A program made the translations under genes and the position numbers. From NCBI RefSeq assembly GCF_009914755.1, contig NC_060926.1: a stretch of 64,000 bases of DNA; one strand, given 5' to 3'. This document shows, piece after piece, positions 53,458 to 64,000 of this stretch (position 1 is the stretch's first letter; every line of letters starts with the position of its first letter). The notes beneath the pieces were generated by a model. It did no database searches. It saw nothing but the letters and a program-made list of their open reading frames with translations, and was not told where the DNA came from. This DNA is from the human T2T-CHM13v2.0 reference genome, Homo sapiens.

Positions 53458-54365
53458 CTAGATTCAAATCTCTTCTACCGTGTCTTCTCAGACCAAAGTC
53501 TTACCTGTGACAACTTATAGTAACCTCTCTGCTTTGGTGTCCACACCTTAATCTACCAAGTCAACAGATATGTACCAAATGCCTATAGCTCTCTACCAGG
53601 CATGCAAGCAAGGAAAAAGCAGCAACTTTCCTCAAAATAAAACCATAGAAGTTAGTCAGAAAAGAAAGTGCAAAACAGTGGGTACCTTCTCAAGGAAATA
53701 AACCAAACAAAAAATCCAGACAGTAGCCAAGCACAGAAATGCACATAGTGTTTTTGTCATTTCTGAGGAAACAAGTTAGAATATGGATGGCTCAGGCCTC
53801 CTGGGTTCAATCTGAAGTCTTTTGTTTTTTCTTTTCTTAAGGAAGCTAATAGACAACAAATTGAGAAAGAATGAGTGGAGGCCGTTTGGTTTAGTATGTT
53901 CTCTGCAACACTGTTGCGTTTCCCCTGTAGAAAGTTTACAAATGGTAGTTCAGTTCCAGGTCAGCCCAGAAGAGCTTACTGGACAATAGTCCACCTGAGG
54001 TGCCAAAACCACAGGAGTCCAGGGATACACAAGCCCTGAGTTTTCTTGGAAGAAAGAAGGACAAAGGGATTATCTGTTTCTTTTCTCCTTAGACTCCCTA
54101 AGTCCCCTGCTCTACACCACCTCTCTCAGAGGTAAGAGTAATCCTAGAAAACCTTTAACTAGTTTTTTTAAAATTTATAAGCAAAGTACATCCTGGAAAA
54201 AAAAATCCCACCTCAGACCCATATCCCCAGGCTCTTTTCAAAGAGACAAAGTCACTGTTTATTACATTTCTTCCAGAAATACTCTCTGCATATACTCAAA
54301 CGTATGCATGCATATATCACCTTTCAAATTATAGGCAGAAATGGAAGCATGCAGTCTGTTGTGTA

Positions 54366-56457
54366 CTTTTTTTTCAACTATTTTAAGTTCAGAGGTACAC
54401 GTGCGGAATGTGCAGGTTTGTTACATAGGTAAACGTGTGTCATGGTGGTTTGCTGTATAGATCAACCCATTACCTAGGTATTAAGCCCAGCATCTATTAG
54501 CTGTTTTTCCTGATGCTCTCCCTTCCCCCACCCCCGTGAAAGGCACCAGTGTGTGTTGTTTCCCGCCCATATGTCCTTGTGTTCTCATCGTTCAGCTCCC
54601 ACTTATACATGAGAACATGAGGTATTTGGTTTTCTGTTCCTGAATTAGTTTGCTGAGGCTAATGGCTTCCAGCTCCAACCATGTCCCTGCAAAGGTCATG
54701 ATCTTGTTCCTTTTTATGGCTGCATAGTATTCCATGGGGTATATGTAACACATTTCCTTTATCCAGTCTATTATTGATGGGCATTTGGGTTGATTCCATG
54801 TCCTTGCTATTAGGAATAGTGCTGCAATGAACATACGTGTTCATATATCTTTATAATAGAATGATTTATACTGCTTTAGGTATATACCCAGTAATGGAAT
54901 TGCTGGGTTAAATGATATTTCTGCTCCTAGATCTTTGAGGAATGGCCACATTGTCTTCCACAATGGTTGAACTAATTTGCACTCCCACCAACACGTATAA
55001 AAGCATTCCTTTTTCATTGCAACTTCTCCAGCATCTGTTGTTTCTGGACGTTTTAATAATTGCCATTCTGACTTGGCATGAGATGGTATCTCATTGTGGT
55101 TTTTAATTTGCATTTCTCAAATGATCAGTGACATTGAGCTTTTCTTCATATGTTTGTTGGCTGCATAAATGTCTTCTTTTGAGAAGTATCCATTCATGTC
55201 GTTTGCCCATTTTTAATATTTTTTTCCTTGTAAATTGGTTTAGGTTCCTTGTAGACCCTGGATATTAGACCTTCGTCAGGTGGAAAGATTGCAAAATTTT
55301 TTCCCCATTCTTTAGGTTGTCTGTTCACTCTGATGATAGTTTCTATTGCTGTGCAGAAGCTCTTAAGTTTAATTAGATCCCATTTGTCAGTTTTTGCTTT
55401 TGTTGCAATTGTTTTTGGTATTTTTGTCATGAAATCTTTGCCCATGCCTATGTCCTAAATGGAACTGCCTAGATTTTCTTCTAGGGTTTTTACAGTTTTG
55501 GGTTTTACATTTAAGTCTTTAATTCATCTTGAGTTGATTTTTGTATAAGGTGTAAGGAAGGGGGTTACAATTTTCCACATATAGCTAGCCAGTTCTCCCA
55601 GCACCATTTATTAAATAGGGAGTCCTTTCCCCATTGCTTGTTTTTGTCAGGATTGTTGAAGATCAGATGGTTGTAGGTGTGTCGTCTTATTTCTGAGTTC
55701 TCTATTTTGTTCCATTGGTCTATGTGTTTGTTTTTATACTAATACCATGCTGTTTTGGTCACTGTGGCTCTGTAGTATAGTTTGGAGTTGGGTAGCATGA
55801 TGCCTCCAGCTTTGTTGCTTCTGTTAGGATTGTCTTCGCTATTCGGGCTATTTTGTTTTGTTTTGTTTTGTTTTTTTGGTTCTGTATGAATTTTAAAATA
55901 GTCTTTTCTAATTCTTTGAAGAATGTCAATGGTAGTTTAATGGGAATAGCATTGAATCTATAAATTACTTTGTGCAGTATGGTCATTTTCATGATATTGA
56001 TTCTTCTTATCTATGAGCATAAAATGTTTTTCCATTTGTTTGTTTCCTCTCTGATTTCCTTGAGCAGTGGTTTGTAGTTCTCCTTACGGAGGTCCTTCAC
56101 TTCCCTTGTTATCTGTATTCCTAGGTATTTTATTCTTTTTGTGTCAATTGTGAATGGGACTTCATTTATGGTTCGGCTCTCTGCTTGCCTGTTGTTGGTA
56201 TAAAGGAATGCTAGAGATTTTTGTGCATTGATTTTGTAAGTTGAGACTTTGCTGAAGTTGCTTATCAGCTTAAGAAGCTTTTGGGCTGAGATGATGGGGT
56301 TTTCTAAATATAGGACATGTCATCTGCAAACAGGGATAGTTTGCCTTCCTCTCTTCCTATTTGAATACTCTTTATTTCTTTCTCTTGCCTGATTGTCCTG
56401 GCCATAATTTCCAATACTATGTTGAATAGGAGTGGTGAGAGAAGGCATCCTTGTCTT
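54366..56457 (-). mobile_element. 5'-truncated L1PA element (ORF2 3' part plus 3' UTR)
   Basis: Minus-strand ORF2 remnants in the ORF track ([21 protein letters not shown]; [11 protein letters not shown]; MFIAALF..A.TWNQPKCPS); poly-T at 54366. Confidence 0.95.
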
Positions 56458-57316
56458 GGTACACTTTCTTTTTACCCATAAATCTACCTTACTTCTTTAA
56501 CGGCTGCAGAATATCCCATGCTATGAATGTACCATTGGTATCAACATTAGGACAGTGACTAGGAATATTTTGAAAAACCAAAAGTTCATCTTTCTCCTCT
56601 TACTTACTACCTCTTGTCCCTACCCTTGTCCTCCATATAGAGCTGCCTTGAACCCTTCACCTTATCTCTCTTGACTGGTTTTACTCTATCCCCTTTCCCA
56701 AAGGAGTCATCCCCCAAAAGCATGGACTTTCTGACTCCAACCCAAAACTCACCTTCTTTCAGAGTGGCTGGCCTGACTTATTTTATTCCAAAAGAAAGTA
56801 ATTTGATTCTAACTAATTATTATATGAATTACCACCAACTCCTTAACCCTCACATTTAGAAAGGAGATGTTAACTAAGTTGAACTCATCATTGGAATTCC
56901 AGAGAGCAACAACTGATTTAAAAAAAAAAAAACAGAAGCTGTCAAGAGCATACAATTATGGGTTGGGATCAGCCATATTGGCTATTATCTCATGTCAGAA
57001 AATCTAGGCACAGAGAGCTTCCTCTAACTGATGATAATTCTGGGCAATTTCTTCATTTCTTCTAGCTAAAAGTCCAATTACTTTTCAAAAGCTCTAAGGT
57101 TTTCCACAATACTCTTAGTAAGGGGCCTGGAAAGAGCAGGCCAGCTGTCTATAGGTATAGGCCATTCATAAATGGGTATCCGTAACATATGGACCCACCG
57201 TTCTGAGACTGGCCACGAGTCAATTGAGAAAGAGTATGCCATCACTTGCAGATGCCCACAAGAGAACTTGGACATACAGAAGAGGGATAACTGAGTTGAG
57301 ACTGGAGTTGTGCAGA

Positions 57317-57317
<1 letters not shown>

Positions 57318-57365
<48 letters not shown>

Positions 57366-57366
57366 T
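57318..57366. repeat. (TA)n(TG)n microsatellite
   Basis: tatatatata followed by ~15 tg units. Confidence 0.95.
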
Positions 57367-57904
57367 AACTACATAATATATTAATATACGTACAGACATA
57401 ATTTTAAAAGAGCACAAATGGAAACACATACATAACACAAATGCAGTTACATTAAGAGTGGGGGCCAGAGGGTCCTTTTATCACCTACTGTCAGTGAAGG
57501 GATCCAAAATGGTCACAAGAGTCTTCTCCTGCCAGTTTCCAGGCCCTATCCTGACGGCAAACACCAGGACAGTGTCTTTAATCAGAGCTGGCCCAAGGCC
57601 CATCACCCTCTAATGTGAAAGCTGTCTACTTTAGCCAAACTTTTCAATTAGGACAGGTACTCTTCTTTTGAACATCCAAGGTGGAGAGGAAAAACGGCTA
57701 GGTCTGAACCCTCAGGATGTGCCAGGGCAGTACAAGTGTGGATGGCATCAGATGGTAGGGGGCAGAGAGAGAACCAGGTCAGGGTGGAATGGCACTGAGG
57801 GCCATTAGGGCCTTTTGGGGGCCAGGTAAGTGGCCTCAGATGGTGACAGCTACATGGTCCTGGGTAAGTCTGTTCTGGTTGGTTTCATTTGGATCTGGAG
57901 GGTC

Positions 57905-58055
57905 CTACTACACCTGGCTAATTTTTCTATTTTTAGTAGAGACGGGGTTTCACCATGCTGCCGAGGCTCATATTACACTCCTGGACTCAAGTGGTACACC
58001 CTCCTCGGCCTCCCGAAGTGCTGAGATTACAAGTGTGAGCCGCTGCACCCGGCCA
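57905..58055 (-). mobile_element. Alu left-arm fragment
   Basis: cctggctaatttttctatttttagtagagacggggtttcaccatg...gtgagccgctgcacccggcc. Confidence 0.85.
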
Positions 58056-59346
58056 TGTGCGTATCTTTTAAATATACGTAAGTTATTTATGTCTAGATAG
58101 CCATCTGCTTCTTAGAATATGCTTAGTGTATTTGCACATCATTTTAAGCCTACCAGTAGTGTTTTGTGAGTATGTATTGTGCACATATGTACACAAATAT
58201 ATATTTCATGTGGAATATATAGTTCGTATATGCGTATTACATCATGAATTTATTTATAATAGCTGTTCCATGTCTTATGCATGAAATCTCCAAGTAAAGG
58301 GCATCTAAATTCAGTACAATTAGAAGTAGAATAAACTGTTGCAAATAAGATCTTTGAAAATGTCCTCTGATAGACTTCTGTGGCTGCTTCTCAGGGGAAT
58401 ATACCCAGGATGTGATGGTCAGGACGTAAAGTATACACATAAAAATTTTCCCTAAGTACTAAGAAAATAATCTCCAAAGGAGTCTGCATCCTTGAAGTAA
58501 AACATGAACATGCCCATATCCTCACATTGTCACTAATGTTTGGCGTAATCCAAATTTCTAAAGTTAATAAACAAATATAAAGTGTTATTTTGTGTCACTT
58601 ATTAGGTCACTAATATTTCTGAGTTGCTGTTCACATATTTCTAACCCATTAAAGTTTTCTCTACTTTGAATTACCTCTTCATATTGTGTTCAGAGTCTGC
58701 ATTTCCCAAGTTTTTTCTAGGTAATATAAGAGTACCTTAAAAAGGTATTATTACTGTTGTAGAAGGAGTATTATGTGTGTCAAAGGATCCTAGTTTCTTT
58801 TTAATATTTATTGAATATTAAATAATAAATATTTAATATTTATTAAATCCCATTTTCCCTTAGAACGCCACACAGTCAGCTGAGAACATTATCATTTACG
58901 TAAACACTACGTTTCTTAGCCTCCCTTGGAGGTCATTGCGACCATGGAACTAAATTTGGGAAAGTGAGATGAAGGCACGATTATTTGCCTGTGACTTCCA
59001 GGGTCTTTCCTTACAGGAGGGTATCTTTTGTCCTTTCTACTCCTCTTTCATTACTGCAGCTTGGATGCACTTATATTTCCTGGAGCTCCAGCAGCTCTAT
59101 GTGACTATTAGTAAATGAGACATGCCCTAAGTAAAGCTGGGGGAGTGTGGAGTCCCAGTGGCTCATGAGGCACAGCTGCCACACCAAACCCGGATGGCCA
59201 AGCCTCTATCAAATTTTGTGTGAGCAAGAAGTATACTAACTTGTTTAGGTGACTGTTATTTGGGAGCTCTTCTGCCACCTTCAATTCAGCCTCTTTTTTT
59301 CACAAAATTATTGTTTATTCAATAAGAACACATTTATCTTGAAATA

Positions 59347-61583
<2,237 letters not shown>

Positions 61584-61640
61584 GCTGGGCGCGGTGCCTC
61601 ATGCCTGTGATCCCAGCACTTCTGGAGGCCGAGGTGGGAT
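61584..61640 (+). mobile_element. Alu 5' head fragment at the L1/GPAT2 junction
   Basis: ggctgggcgcggtgcctcatgcctgtgatcccagcacttctggaggccgaggtggg with no remainder or tail. Confidence 0.85.
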
Positions 61641-61697
61641 GTGTGTGCAGTGGTGAAGGGAACGGCTCCTTCCTCATAATGGACCCTCCGCCCCCAG

Positions 61698-63856
61698 CCT
61701 GTGCAGTGCGGGGGCTGCTGGCAGGCAGAGTGCCGCCCCAGGGGCCCTGGGAGCTGCAGGGCATATTGCTGCTGAGCCAGAATGAGCTGTACCGCCAGAT
61801 CCTGCTGCTGATGCACCTGCTGCCGCAAGACCTGCTGCTGCTAAAGGTCAGGCCTCCCCTACGGCCCACTTGGTCCTAGGCCTTCCCCTCTTGGTGGTAG
61901 GAATGGCCCATCCCTGCCCATGCTCTACCTCTGAAACCTCCTGGGTGGTAGGTCTGGCCTTGCCCGGTCTTTGGCTAGGCCCCTGCCCATGTGCCTGGCT
62001 CTCCTGAGGCCACATGGGTGCCTTTTTCTCCCAGCCCTGCCAGTCTTCCTACTGCTACTGTCAGGAGGTGCTGGACAGGCTCATCCAATGCGGGCTCCTG
62101 GTTGCTGAGGAGGTAGGCAGGGCAGTTGGAGACAAGATCCTTGCCTGGAGCCTGGCCTCCTCCAGCCTCCCACCCTGAGTGCCAGCTGCCCCAGGCTCCT
62201 CCTCTGCCCTGTGTGTGCTGTGGGGGTGGGCAGCCCCTGGCCTTGCAGCGGGGAAGCCTAGCTCGCACCTCTGCTCCCTGTGCCTTGGGATATGGCCACC
62301 TATGCCCCGGTTCTGTGTGTGTCTCTCTGGATAGCACTGGACATGTGTGCCTCTGAGGTTCTCTGCACACCTCCTGCTCCCCACATTTCTTGGCCACAGG
62401 GCTACTGCCCTTGAGGGTGGGAATTCACTTCCTCTCACTCTGCAAGTTGGCCCAGCAGGTGCTGGGGCATGGCTCTGGCCATCCTCTTGGGTCTCTAGGT
62501 CTGCTTTTACTGGTTTCACCTGCATGTACCTGGTCTGGGGGTGTAGGGTTGATCCCTGGCCAGCTTGTCAGAGAACAATGGCTCCGGGTCCGGCCAGCCT
62601 GTGACACAGGGCAACGGCGACTGAGCAGAAAGCTGCTGTGGAAACCGAGTGGGGATTTTACTGATAGTGACAGTGATGACTTCAAAGAGACCGAGGGCCA
62701 GTACTCCAGGGTGTGTTTCAAAAAGCTGCCCCTGGAGGGAGGTGGTAGGGAGGTGGTGGGGAGCTGCACTCACCCCGGCCTGTCCCCTCCAGCTCAGCCA
62801 GCAGTCACACTGCCCAGATTTCTTTCTTTTCCTCTGCCGCCTGCTCAGCCCGCTGCTCAAGGCCTTTGCACAGGCTGCCGCCTTCCTCCGCCAGGGCCAG
62901 CTGCCCGATACTGGTGAGGCCCTTGTTCCCTTGCAGTCCTCGAGGCAGGCTGTGTCTGTGCTGGGTGCCAGGTCTAGGTCTTCTCTCTTCTGCAGAGTCG
63001 GGCTACACAGACCAGCTGTTCCAGTTCCTGCAGGCCACCGCCCAGGAAGAAGGGATCTTCGGTGAGTCTCAACCAGTCAGCCCAGGCTCCTGCAGGCAGT
63101 GGTGTTTGCTGGTGGCTGCTGCCCCCTGCCAGACAGTGACAACCCAAGTCTAGGAAGGTGGGCTGCAGAGTACAGACAGTCTTCTGTCCAGTCTGAGTTC
63201 TATCCCTCCCGGGGCTTCTTTAAACAAGAGGAGAGAAGCCTGTGCCCAGTGGCTCCCTGTCCTCCCTACCTAGAGCCTTCACTTCTCTCTTCTTTCCAGA
63301 GTGTGCGGACCCAAAGCTTGCCATCAGTGCTATCTGGACCTTCAGAGACCTAGGGGTGAGAGGAGCCAGTGTCACCATCTTCTGTCCCCCTGCTCCCACC
63401 CCAATAGAGTGGCTCAGGGAAACCCAGCTATGTCCCCATCACTCCACAGGGCTGGCCTGATGGTGCCTCATTAAGACCCTGGGATTTACTTGGTGTCTTC
63501 CAGCAACAGATGTGGTGATGGGTTGGAGAAGGTGGGATGGTTTCCTGCCTCTTGGTCTCCCAAATCACTGGCTCATCTTTCTAGGTGGGGCTGCTTTGCG
63601 GCAGCATTTGCATGCAAACACTGAGGTCTAAGGGGCCAGAGGTCTCAAGGCAGGTTTCTGGGGGACAGGCCTGGCCCCTGAGCCATGCAGACACAGTCCC
63701 TGTGGTGAGCGCACTCATGGCGCATCTTCCATGGCCCAGGTTCTGCAGCAGACGCCGAGCCCTGCAGGCCCCAGGCTCCACCTATCCCCTACTTTTGCCA
63801 GCCAGGACAATCAGGAAAAACTAGAACAGTTCATCCGGCAGTTCATTTGTAGCTAG
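61698..63856 (+). pseudogene. GPAT2P2: 5'-truncated unprocessed GPAT2 (glycerol-3-phosphate acyltransferase 2) copy, last 7 exons; probably GPAT2P2
   Basis: Exons 61698-61846 (CAVRGLLAGRVPPQGPWELQGILLLSQNELYRQILLLMHLLPQDLLLLK), 62035-62112 (PCQSSYCYCQEVLDRLIQCGLLVAEE), ~62580-62710 (RPACDTG..RLSRKLLWKPSGDFTDSDSDDF; acceptor unclear), 62793-62913, 62996-63061, 63300-63355 and 63740-63856 (..DNQEKLEQFIRQFICS-stop, the recalled GPAT2 C-terminus). No upstream exons or start codon. Confidence 0.9.
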
Positions 63857-64000
63857 AACTGTGAGGAGGAGCCTGTGCTGAGACTTCTCAGCCCCAGAAC
63901 ACAGCTGTGTCCTAGAGCCAGAAGATGGAGAGGAGGCTGCAAACCCTTAGCTGCTCTATAAATATAATCATTGAGGCTTGATTGTCCCTTGCCATCTCTT

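Noticed and set aside
61975-63824. Many overlapping 100-175-aa ORFs on both strands
   Set aside because: Explained by the GC-rich GPAT2 exon/intron sequence; only the spliced plus-strand exons match a protein.

Overview
Primate (very likely human) genomic DNA, rich in Alu, L1 and LTR repeats, with no intact protein-coding gene. It is a mosaic of duplicated blocks. (1) 6.5-20 kb is a TRIM block. It holds a complete 7-exon TRIM43 paralogue on the minus strand whose only visible lesion is a 2-nt deletion in the RING exon, an isolated TRIM64-type coiled-coil exon on the plus strand, and an older, 3'-truncated TRIM43/51-like pseudogene. (2) 26.6-41.1 kb is an immunoglobulin kappa V orphon block. 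It holds two IGKV2-type and one IGKV1-type pseudogenes with octamer promoters and 12-RSS, plus three much more decayed V-kappa relics read directly from the sequence, one of them inverted and head-to-head with the IGKV1 gene. (3) 45-61.6 kb is an LTR/L1-rich spacer containing a ~157-nt near-perfect hairpin and a 211-bp templated insertion inside an LTR. (4) 61.6-64 kb is the 3' half of an unprocessed GPAT2 copy fused to an L1/Alu junction. From recalled knowledge, not a database search, this order matches human 2q11.2 (TRIM43CP, IGKV2OR2-1, IGKV2OR2-2, IGKV1OR2-3, GPAT2P2). I see no convincing new biological system. The best leads are the hidden V-kappa relics and retained RSSs, the one-lesion TRIM43 copy with DUX-like promoter motifs, the hairpin, and several well-preserved rearrangement or repair scars. 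Repeat subfamily names are from recalled consensus sequences and their boundaries are approximate.
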